NCBI RefSeq assembly: GCF_035084215.1
Contig: NC_090346.1
Span: forward strand, 14,446,001-14,510,000
Origin: Heptranchias perlo
Taxonomy: Eukaryota
DNA length: 64,000 bases
Reading direction: 5' to 3'
Below are positions 12,601-24,600 of this stretch, one piece after another; position 1 is the first letter of the stretch, and each line of letters begins with the position of its first letter. Both the position numbers and the translations under genes were made by a program. The notes under the pieces were generated by a model. It made no database searches. It worked only from the letters and a program-made list of their open reading frames with translations, and was not told the DNA's origin.

Positions 12601-15600
12601 CTTGAATTGAAGAATCTCTATTTGTTAAAGAAAGAAATGGCTTTTCAAATGCATCGCAGTGCTATTGCGAATCTGGTGCACCGTGAAGGTGTGGCGTTTA
12701 AAAAGCTCGAGAAGATTAGGTTGGAAGAAGAAGAGCTGGCTTCACATAAGGTAGGCAAACCTCTTGTATCGTTAATTAAAGCAGTGCAATCTGCAATCAA
12801 ATCTTCACGAAATATTTCTCTTAACAAACATTCAGTTCCTTTATTTTAGATAAATGTTTGTGTCAACTGATCTTGGTCAAGGAGGCACTAAAATTGGCCT
12901 GGTCTAGGGAAGGGAAAATGAAAATCAGATACACTTTCCACTCGTAAGCCCTGTCCATTGACCTCTGCTGGAAAGTACACATGTGGATGTTGTATGAGGA
13001 CAGGATCGGACACCGTTGTGACGCCTTCCCACAGTTGAATAACGTGTCCATGCCCAATCTAGGCTCACACATGAAGAAGGGTTATTTGGGAGGACTGACT
13101 GCACCCCAGCATGATTCGGCACCTTAAGGAGAGAAAATTAAAGACATAACAAGTTGGGAGCACTGATGCACAGTGACATCGGAGGTAGCAGGTTCACTTC
13201 CTCTCATGGGGGGGCGCGTGCAGAGTGGAAAAGATGGAGGCAGAGTTGTCACAAGGCATCTCCCCTTGCATTACATTATTACGTACCCTATGATCACACA
13301 GAAAATTCCAAACATCACCATATACTTAGCAATACTGTGGAGAGACTGGAGGTCTGTCTAATTTTGCATTTAATCATTTATTTTCTCCCGACTGGTTTCT
13401 GCAAACTCTTTTTATTTAAAAAAAACTAAATGCTGCTGCTGCTGCTGACTATAACACTGCAGATTGGCAGCATTTCTGTGATTATAATAAAAATAGAACA
13501 AGCTACAGAGCATTTGCAAATTCTCCACTTCCAATGGAAATTCAAGTCCTGTGGCCCACCAGATGTAACTCCCCTCCTTACTGGGATGCGGGGTGGTGGG
13601 GGGGTGCGGGTGGGGAAGCAGGGTCTCTTTGGAGTCCCCAAGATGAGATGTCTGGCAATGAAAGAGGAGAACTAAGACAACCATCCTCTGTGGTAGATTT
13701 TTAAAATCTGATACCTGAGCCAGGTGAGTCTGCAGTACACCAGGGCAATGTTGATTGACTGGCCATTCTGGATCACTAATGGAACCCGGAGGGGCAAACC
13801 TGTTGACGCTGGCTGGGATTCCTCCTATGCAGTTCCAAATAATCCTGTAAGCCAAAGCCTGAGTGGGTAAGTGTCCTACCTAGACAAACAGTGGGAATCC
13901 ACCAGTGCTCTGTGCTGGTAAACTTTGCAGTGTTAGCTGGTTAAATTCCAGCAATACTCTTGGAGGTTCTTAAGCCTCGGTTCTGCTGACCTGCATCTAA
14001 ACTCTTTTTACTTGGGTAAGTGAGCAGTGTCCCCATGGGGAGAGAATGTGCACTCCATATCAGACAATCATAAGCTTCTGTCTGGATTCCTCAAGAGTTT
14101 AGTTTGGAGACTCTTGAACAGGGTGACACCTGCACGTGTCAGCTCAGCTAATGAAAAACTCTCACCTGATGGCTAGGTAGATAAATGTACAGCATGGTTT
14201 GTTACTGACCAAGAACATTCTTGGTTTGATCCCAAGTCAGGTCCCTTAAGTCGAAGTAACTTCTTTAGTACCATCGCTCCTTGAATAATAACCTCCACTA
14301 ATTGTTCCACATCCACCTCTTGTTCCACAGTTTCAATATCCACCTTATCTGTGAAAACTGAGGTGAAGTACTTCATACTGCCTCTTTAACCTTTCTAATC
14401 TTCCCTTTTGTAGCTTTCCTATATTGTTAAGAGCTAAGGGAAGAAAATCAGAAAAAGAATTGAGTAAAAAAAAGTGCAGAAAATGGAATTGTTACATAAA
14501 GGGATCCAATTATCCAAACAGTTTGAGAAACCTCCCAATTTGGATAAACAAATAATTTTGATAACTCGTTAATTGCAATGGAATACTGCATTATACGGTA
14601 TTAATTCTGCACAAAACATACAATATGGTGACGTAATTATGCACACAGGGTATGCTGAGAGGACCAGTGGTTTTGCTAACCGTTCAGTTGGGGTAAGCAC
14701 TTTCCACTATAGTAGAATTGTTCTACAAGTGAGGAACACTCAGATTGTGAATACAAACACTCGCACTGCACTGCGATTCTTTAATCACTCCACTGGAAGT
14801 TGAAGCTGTGCTCAAAATTGGTCTGTAGCTCCTCCTGCGGTGGGGTGAATGTTTCTTGGTTTAATAACTCCTTTCTTTGCTTAAGGCTGCCTACGTAGAA
14901 TATCTGAATGGACCCGGTCTGTTTAACTCTATGTTTACAGAAGATCCTGAAGCACCAAAGCTTTTACTGCTACCTGGAGTGTCAGAATTCGTGGAAATAT
15001 ATCCCTTTACAAGTGTGATGTATGTATTGAGCACGTTAAAGGGGCACTGTTGTTGCATCCAACTTAATCTTAATATGTTTGCTCCATGTTCATTTAATAT
15101 TTACACCCATGGGTAACATACTGGGGTTTACAAAGTCACACACAAGAACGATTTTGTGCAGGTGGTTAGTAAAGCCCAATGCCACCAAAACAATTCCAAG
15201 CACTCCCCTTGAACTCAATCCTGTTCTCATCTAACATCCACTTCCAGCAGGGCTCATTGGATGATTTCCCCTTCCCTAATCAGGAGTGCTGAGAGCATTC
15301 GTAATGTCTTTACTGTTGGTCTGGGCCAGCACAGATCTGCGTTCAAACTTTCCTGATCTGTATGGCTCAGCTGCTGTTTGGATTAACTTGCTGAGCCATT
15401 GGGGGAGTCTCCACTGGTGAACTTTCTGAAAGGAATTAACTGAGCCACTTCGTCTTTTTTAACATTAGAAACTTGAAAACAGTTCAGCCGCTCTTTAAAC
15501 TTTAGAGCCTGTTAGCAGGTTAAGGCAGGGAGTAGCCAAGCCTTATAGAACAGGAAGATCCCACATGCGATAATCACTTTGTGCTGAGTTAGCCAATCTC

Positions 15601-18600
15601 AGCTGGGGCAGCAGCACAATTTACCTTAGCACCCTGGGTTAGGGAGGAGAGAATCATCCAGGGTTCCTACTCCTGATCATTACCCAGAGATCCCCGTTAG
15701 AAGTGTAGATGCCAGATGGGGATGAGATCTAGTTCAGCTGTGATGCTCCTTGTGATAGAATAAGCTGCAAACATTCACTGTCTAGACTCACACACAAAGT
15801 GTGACCACTTGGTTGAGGTATTGGAAGGTGACTGGCAAACGTGCCCCAGAGAGGGAAGAAGAGTTTAATTTTTTTTTTAATAGTTGGTATTGCACCTGAT
15901 GCAATGCCAAAAAGATTCAGAACATCTATCCAATAGTGATCATAACATGATCCAGTTCAATGTAGTGTTTGAAAGGGAAAAAAGTGAATCAGCTGCTAAG
16001 ATTCTAGACTTGGGCAAGGCCGACTTCAATGGGATGAGACAGAGACTGTCCACAGTAAACTGGGCAAATCTGTTAATGGGTAAAACGACTGATGATCAGT
16101 GGGAAATGTTTAAAGAAACATTTAACGTGATACAGAATCAGTTTATACCCCTGAGGGGCAAGACTCTACTTGCCAAAAAAAACAGCCATGGACAACTAAA
16201 GAGGTAAGGGACAGTATAAGACATAAGGAAAGGGCATACAAAAAGGCAAAAAATGGCACAGATCCTGGCGAATGGGAAAGATACAAAGGGTCACAAAACA
16301 GATAGTAAGAGCTACAAAGAGAGTATAAAAAGAAACTCGCAAGGGATATCAAAACCAATACGAAGAACTTTTATAGTTATATTAGGAAAAAGAGGGTGGC
16401 CAGGAGCAGTGTTGGCCCCTTAAAAACTGAAAGTGGGGATATTGTCATTGACAATGGGGAAATGGCAGACATGTTGAACAATTACTTTGCGTCAGTATTT
16501 ACAGTAGAAAAAGAGGATAGCATGCCGGAAATCCCAAGAAAACTCATATTGAATCGGGGACAAGGACTCGATAAAATTAACATAAAGCAACAGTAATGAA
16601 GAAAATAATAGCACTAAAGAGTGACAAATCCCCAGGACCAGATGGTTTCCATCCCAGGGTTTTAAAGGAAGTAGGTGAGCACATTGCAGATGCCCTAACT
16701 ATAATCTTTCAAAGTTCTCTAGATTCAGGAACTGTCCCTCTAGATTGGAAAACTGCACGTCACTCCGCTTTTTAAGAAAGGAGAGAGAGGGAAACCGGGG
16801 AATTATAGACCAGTTAGCCTAACATCTGTTGTGGGGAAAATGCTGGAGTCTATAATTAAGGATAGGGTGACTGAACACCTCTAGAATTTTCAGTTAATCA
16901 GAGACAGCCAGCAGGGATTTGTGAAAGGTAGGTCGTGCCTGACAAACCTGATTGAATTTTTTGAAGAGGTGACTAAAGTAGTGGACAGGGGAATGTCAAT
17001 GGATGTTATTTATATGGACTTCCAGAAGGCATTTGATAAGGTCCCACATAAGAGACTGTTAGCTAAGATAGAAGCCCATGGAATCGAGGGAAAAGTATGG
17101 ACTAGGTTAGGAAGTTGGCTGAGCGAAAGGCGACAGAGAGTAGGGATAATGGGTAGGTACTCACATTGGCAGGATGTGACTAATGGAGTCCCGCAGGGAT
17201 CTGTCTTGGGGCCTCAATTATTCACAATATTTATTAACGACTTAGGTGAAGGCATAAAAAGTCTCATATCTAAGTTTGCCGATGACACAAAGATTGGTGG
17301 CATTGTAAGCAGTGTAGATGAAAACATAAAATTACAAAGCGATATTGATAGATTAGGTGAATGGGCAAAACTGTGGCAAATGGAATTCAATGTAGACAAA
17401 TGTGAGGTCATCCACTTTGGATCAAAAAAGGATAGAACAGGGTACTTTCTAAATGGTAAAAAGTTAAAAACAGTGGATGTCCAAAGGGACTGAGGGGTTC
17501 AGGTACAAAGATCATTGAAGTGTCATGAACAGTTGCAGAAAATAATCAAGAAGGCTAATGGAATGCTGGCCTTTATATCTCGAGGACTAGAGTACAAGGG
17601 GGCAGAAGTTATGCTGCAGCTATACAAAACCCTGGTTAGACCGCACCTGGAGTATTGTGAGCAGTTCTGGGCACCGCACCTTCGGAAGGACATATTGGCC
17701 TTGGTGGGAGTGCAGCGTAGGTTTACTAGAATGATACCCGGACTTCAAGGGTTAAGTTACGAGGAGAGATTACACAAATTGGGGTTGTATTCTCTCGCGT
17801 TTCAAAGCTTAAGGGGTGATCTGATCGAAGTTTATAAGATATAAAGGGGAACAGATAGTTTCTCTCTATCCACCCTATTTTCGCTGGTTGGGGATTTTAG
17901 GAGTAGGGGGCACAGTCTAAAAAATTAGAGCCAGACCTTTCAGGAGCGAGATTAGAAAACATTTCTACACACAAAGGGTTGTAGAAGTTTGGAACTCTCT
18001 TCCGCAAATGGCAATTGATACTAGCTCAATTGCTAAATTTAAATCTGAGATAGATAGCTTTTTGGCAACCAAAGGTATTAAGGGATATGGGCCAAAGGCA
18101 GGTATATGGAGTTAGCTCACAGATCGCAGAGCAGGCACAAGGGGCTGAATGGCCTACTCCTGTTCCTATGTTCCTAGTTGCAGTTATACTGCTCATCGTT
18201 TGTTGTTGAGGCTCAGAAACCACTCTGCAGAAACTCACAGATGTGCAGCATGATTGCAGTGAAATGTAGCAGTGGCAAAAAAAAATGAAACGCAATGAAT
18301 TTAGTTATTAGTGAAAGTCAGATTTCAGAAAATCAAATGCAACCTGGGATATGACATCCTTTATAATCCACACATGAGAGCGTCCTTGACTATTTACCAC
18401 ATACAAGGTTGAGTTCGTCAAGATTTGCCAGGTGATCTTTGATTACGGACTCAAAGGATTTCATGCACGTGAGAAGGAAATGGAACATTTTTTGGAATGC
18501 TTGCGAGAAGCAAATGAAGAAAACCAGCAAAAGGGAGTAAACATCATCAAGGCATTTGAGGACAAGAACAAAGAGGTAAGGAGGCAAATCATGAAGTAAA

Positions 18601-21600
18601 AACAGAAAATGCTGGAAATACACAGGTCAGTCAGCATCTGTAAGGAGAAGAGAGAGGTTATTGGTGTTTTGGGTATGCAACTGAAGCAAGTACTGATGTG
18701 TTGAAGTGTACTTTAAATGAAGGATATGGCCAGGGAACAGAGGGACCTAGAAAATGCATGCCAAGGAGAGGTGTGATACCATGTCTATCAGTTAAGTGAG
18801 ACCGGTGTTGTCCTTTATCATTTATGTAGGTCCACCTCATAAGCTTTCACAAATACACTTTCAACCAGCTATCATCAAGCATTTCATTTAAACAATTGTT
18901 TTTCTTAAACATTGTAGACTTTTTTTATTCGTTCATGGGATGTGGGCGTCGCTGGCGAGGCCGGCATTTATTGCCCATCCCTAATTGCCCTCGAGAAGGT
19001 GGTGGTGAGCCGCCGCCTTGAACCGCTGCAGTCCGTGTGGTGACGGTTCTCCCACAGTGCTGTTAGGAAGGGAGTTCCAGGATTTTGACCCAACGACGAT
19101 GAAGGAACGGCGATATATTTCCAAGTCGGGATGGTGTGTGACTTGGAGGGGAACGTGCAGATGGTGTTGTTCCCATGTGCCTGCTGCTCTTGTCCTTCTA
19201 GGTGGTAGAGGTTGCGGGTTTGGGAGGTGCTGTCAAAGAAGCCTTGGCGAGTTGCTGCAGTGCATCCTGTGGAAGGTACACACTACAGCCACGGTGCGCC
19301 GGTGGTGAAGGGAGTGAATGTTTTGGGTGGTGGATGGGGTGCCAATCAAGCGGGCTGCTTTATCTTGGATGGTGTCGAGCTTCTTGAGTGTTGTTGCAGC
19401 TGCACTCATCCAAGCAAGTGGAGAGTATTCCATCACACTCCTGACTTGTGCCTTGTAGATGGTGGAAAGGCTTTGGGGAGTCAGGAGGTGAGTCACTCGC
19501 CGCAGAATACCCAGCCTCTGACCTGCTCTCGTAGCCACAGTATTTATGTGGCTGGTCCAGTTAAGTTTCTGGTCAATGGTGACCCCCAGGATGTTGATGG
19601 TGGGGGATTTGGCGATGGTAATGCTGTTGAATGTCAAGGGGAGGTGGTTAGACTCTCTTGTTGGAGATGGTCATTGCCTGGCACTTATCTGGTACGAATG
19701 TTACTTGCCACTTATGAGCCCAAGCCTGGATGTTGTCCAGGTCTTGCTGCATGCGGGCTCGGACTGCTTCATTATTTGAGGGGTTGTGAATGGAACTGAA
19801 CATTGTGCAATCATCAGCGAACATCCCCATTTCTGACCTTATGATGGAGGGAAGGTCATTGATGAAGCAGCTGAAGATGGTTGGGCCTAGGACACTGCCC
19901 TGAGGAACTCCTGCAGCAATGTCCTGAGGCTGAGATGATTGGCCTCCAACAACCACTACCATCTTCCTTTGTGCTAGGTATGACTCTAGCCACTGGAGAG
20001 TTTTCCCCCTGATTCCCATTGACTTCAATTTTACTAGGGCTCCTTGGTGCCACACTCTGTCAAATGCTGCCTTGATGTCAAGGACAGTCACTCTCACCTC
20101 ACCTCTGGAATTCAGCTCTTTTTGTCCATGTTTGGACCAAGGCTGTAATGAGGTCTGGAGCCAAGTGGTCCTGGTGGAACCCAAACTGAGCATCGGTGAG
20201 CAGGTTATTGGTGAGTAAGTGCCGCTTGATAGCACTGTCGACGACACCTTCCATCACTTTGCTAATGATTGAGAGTAGACTGATAGGGCGGTAATTGGCC
20301 GGATTGGATTTGTCCTTTTTGTGGACAGGATATACCTGGGCAATTTTCCACATTGTCGGGTAGATGCCAGTGTTGTAGCTGTACTGGAACAGCTTGGCTA
20401 GAGGTGCAGCTAGTTCTGCAGCACATGTCTTCAGCACTACAGCTGGGATGTTGTCGGGGCCCGTAGCCTTTGCTGTATCCAGTGCACTCAGCCGTTTCTT
20501 GATATCAAGTGGAGTGAATCGAATTGGCTGAAGACTGGCTTCTGTGATGGTGGGGATATCGGGAGGAGGCCGAGATGGATCATCCACTCGGCACTTCTGG
20601 CTGAAGATGGTTGCAAACGCTTCAGCCATGTCTTTTGCACTCACATGCTGGACTCCGCCATCATTGAGGATGGGGATGTTTGCAGAGCCTCCTCCTCCCG
20701 TTAGGATGAGTGCATCTCCAACAACACTCAAGAAGCTCGACACCATCCAAGATAAAGCAGCCCGCTTGATTGGCACCCCATCCACCACCCTAAACATTCA
20801 CTCCCTTCACCACCGGCGCACTGTGGCTGCAGTGTGTACCATCCACAGGATGCACTGCAGCAACTCGCCAAGGCTTCTTCGACAGCACCTCCCAAACCCG
20901 CGACCTCTACCACCTAGAAGGACAAGAGCAGCAGGCACATGGGAACAACACCACCTGCACATTCCCCTCCAAGTCACACACCATCCCGACTTGGAAATAT
21001 ATCGCCGTTCCTTCATTGTCGCTGGGTCAAAATCCTGGAACTCCCTTCCTAACAGCACTGTGGGAGAACCGTCACCATATGGACTGCAGCGGTTCAAGAA
21101 AGCGGCTCACCACCACCTTCTCGAGGGCAATTAGGGATGGGCAATAAATGCTGGCCTCGCCAGCGACGCCCACATCCCGTGAACGAATTTTAAAAAAAAG
21201 TTGCTTAATTGTCCACCACCATTCACGACTGGATGTGGCAGGACTGCAGAGCTTTGATCTGATCCGTTGGTTGTGGAATCGCTTAGCTCTGTCCATTGCA
21301 TGTTGCTTCCGCTGTTTAGCATGCATGTAGTCCTGAGTTGTAGCTTCACCAGGTTGGCACCTCATTTTTAGGTACGCCTGGTGCTGCTCCTGGCATGCTC
21401 TTCTACACTCCTCATTGAACCAGGGTTGATCCCCTGGCTTGTTGGTAATGGTAGAGTGAGGAATATGCCGGGACATGAGGTTACAGATTGTGCTGGAATA
21501 CAATTCTGCTGCTGATGGCCCACATTGCCTCATGGATGCCCAGTTTTGAGCTGCTAGATCTGTTCTGAATCTATCCCATTTAGCACGGTGGTTGTGCCAC

Positions 21601-24600
21601 ACAACACGTTGGATGGTGTCCTCAGTGTGAAGACGGGACTTCCTTTCCACAGGGACTGTGCGGTGGTCACTCCTACCAATACTGTCATGGACAGATGCAA
21701 TTGTGACAGGTAGACTGGTGAGGACAAGGTCAAGTAAGTTTTTCCCTCGTGTTGGTTCGCTCACCACCTGCCACAGGCCCAATCTGGCAGCTATGTCCTT
21801 CAAGACTCGGCCAGTGGTGGTGCTACCGAGCCACTCTTGGTGACGGACATTGAAGTCCCCCACCCAGAGTACATTTTGTGCCCTCGCTACGCTCAGTGCT
21901 TCCTCCAAGTGGTGCTCAACATGGAGGAGGACTGATTCATCAGCTGAGGGAGGACGGTAGGTGGTAATCAGCAGGCGGTTTCCTTGCCCATGAGATTTCA
22001 TGGGGTCCAGAATCAATGTTGAGGACTCCCAGGACTACTCCCTCCTGACTGTATATCACTGTACTGCCACCTCTGGTCGGTCTGTCCTGCCGGTGGGACA
22101 GTGATGGAAGAGTCTGGGACGTTGGCTGAAAGGTATGATTCTGTGAGTATGGCTATGTCAGGCTGTTGCTTGACTAGTCTGTGGGACAGCTCTCCCAATT
22201 TCAGCACAAGTCCCCAGATGTTAGTGAGGAGGACTTTGCAGGGTCGACTGGGCTTGGTTTGCCGTTGTCGTGTCCAGTGCCCAGTGGTCCGTCCGGTTTT
22301 ATTCTTTTTATGACTTTTTGTAGTGAGATTTTACAACTGAGTGGCTTGCTCGGCCATTTCAGAATCAACCACATTGCTGTGGGTCTGGAGTCACATATAG
22401 GCCAGACCGGGTAAGGACGGCAGGTTTCCTTCCCTAAAGGACATTAGTGAACCAGATGGGTTTTTACAACAATCCGGTAGTTTCATGGCCAACATTACTG
22501 ATAGTAGTATTTTAATTCCAGATTTTTAATTAATTGAATTTAAATTCGCCAGCTGCCGTGGCGGGATTTGAATTTATGACTCTGGATTTTTAGTCCAGGC
22601 CTCTGGATTACTAGTCCAGTAACACAACCACTATGCTACCGTACCCTGTGATGGGGTTAGGGCACCAGGTGGCGTGATACTGAACCATACAAACCCTCAG
22701 CCTATGCTGAGTTTGCAGATCTCAATCAAGGCAGCAGTTGGGACACTAAATTGGCCTCCGTCCCTTTACCAGCGGGGATCACTGGATAGCAATCAAGATT
22801 GAGAACCCTGCCTGATTTTCTTTTTCCCCCCTCTACTGAGGCCGGTTGTAGCAACCACACTGCTGCCTTAGCTGAGGTCAATTAACTCAATACAGACCAG
22901 AAATCGAACCTGGAAACTTCCTGCTTGCTGTCTGTTTTTAACCCAATAAGCCACAGGGGACGATATGCTGAAATGGCTGTCTGCTGATCCTAATTTTGCT
23001 GAAGAAGATGGAGGGGAGCCCTGATACAGGGCTTTAAAATATTTAAAGGCATCGATAAGTTGAAGTAAACAAGCATTTTAATTTGGATGATGAACACAGG
23101 ATTAGAGAACACAAGTACAAAATTAACAAGTTCTGAGCAAGGTTTTAAAAAAAAAAACTTTCTCCCACAGCATGCAGTATAGACTCTCAGACAACGGTCA
23201 GATGACACCTTTACAAAGAAGCTGCATCAATATCTGTTGTTAGAGGTCTGAAAGTTAGAGATATGAACAGCCCTGCTTGATCTTTATCCAGGGCTGTAGA
23301 GGAAGGAACTTATTATCCTTAAATTAAGGAGGTCCACAGATAGTGTGGGTAGGAAGTCCAGTCTGCAGTAATCATACATGGGTCTGGATGGAGTAGAATG
23401 ATGGGCCGAATGGCTTTTTCTCAATTTGGACTTTATGTTCTGACTTTTGGTGTTTTGTCTGTTATTGAAACAACAACTTGCATTTATATAGCGCCTTTAA
23501 CGTAGTAAAACGTCGCAAGGAGCTTCACAGGCGCATAATCAGATAAAATTTGACACCGAGCCCTGTAAAGAGATACTAGGACAGGTGACCAAAAGCTTGG
23601 TCAAAGAGCAAACACCAACTTCAAAGTTTTCCATGGTTGGAGGGTTAGAAGAGGTGTTACCAGTTTAAACCTAAAACCAGAAACCTCAATAATATTTTCC
23701 TACATTACAACAGTGACTACACTTCAAAAAGTACTTAATTGGCTGTAAAGCACTTTGGGATGTCCTGAGGCCATGAAAGGCGCTATATAAATTCAAACCC
23801 TATCCTTTAATAATATACCATACCTTGTGAGACTCCTTCTGTGGTATAAATATACGATTGCTGTATTGCTGCCAATGCAATATAATATTTATAAGTGGAA
23901 CTGATTCTGTAAGACAAGTAATAGCCATGTGTTTAATGCACAATTAGCTCTCTGACTTCCATGAATATTGTATTACATCAGTAGATGAGTGTCCTGCTTT
24001 TGTACAGGCCCATTGGTGCTCAAGGGAATGATTTTTTATTTTTTTTTGTATCAACTTTTCTAATGTCCAAATGTATGGGATAAATTCTGTATTTAGCACC
24101 TTGTACATCAAGTAGCAATTTAATCTCTTAAAATATGCATAGGCTATTACTGCCTCTCACAGTCCATTTCTTAAAGTTAATAAATATTCCTGTGAAAATA
24201 CAGAACTAGATGTAGCAAAGCAGAAAGATGTTCATAATTCTTTGCTGCTGGATAAGAAATAGGAGCAGGAGTAGCCCATACGGCCCCTTGAGCCTGCTCC
24301 GCCATTCATTAAGGTCATGGCTGATCTTTGATTTCAACTCCACTTTTCCACCCTATCCCCATATCCCTTGATTCCCTTAGTGTTCAAAATCTAACGATCC
24401 TCAGTCTTGAATATGCTCAACAACTGAGCATCCACAGCCCTCTGGGGTAGAGAATTCCAAGTATTCATGGCCCTCATTCCTCCTCATCTCAGTCAAAAAT
24501 GTCCAACCCCTTATCCTGAGTCCATCTCCCCTAGTTCTAGACTCTCCAGCCAGGGGAGACATCCTTTCAGCATCTACACTGTCAAGCCCTCTTAGAATCT

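Noticed and set aside
19018-19799. Recurrent antisense ORFs in LINE copies ([10 protein letters not shown]..., [10 protein letters not shown]...)
   Set aside because: They recur only because the copies are near-identical; no recognisable domain and lengths vary between copies.
20099-21134. Apparent chimeric proteins at 20099-20797, 20544-21134, 53351-54088 and 2918-3253
   Set aside because: Read-through across insertion junctions of nested elements.
22555-22646. Functional tRNA-Thr gene
   Set aside because: Extra anticodon arm, mutated B box, poor acceptor stem, no terminator, and continuous with the retroelement leader.
18900-22670. Target-site duplications around LINE copies 2 and 3
   Set aside because: No convincing direct repeats in the flanks by eye, so exact ends rest on copy-to-copy comparison.
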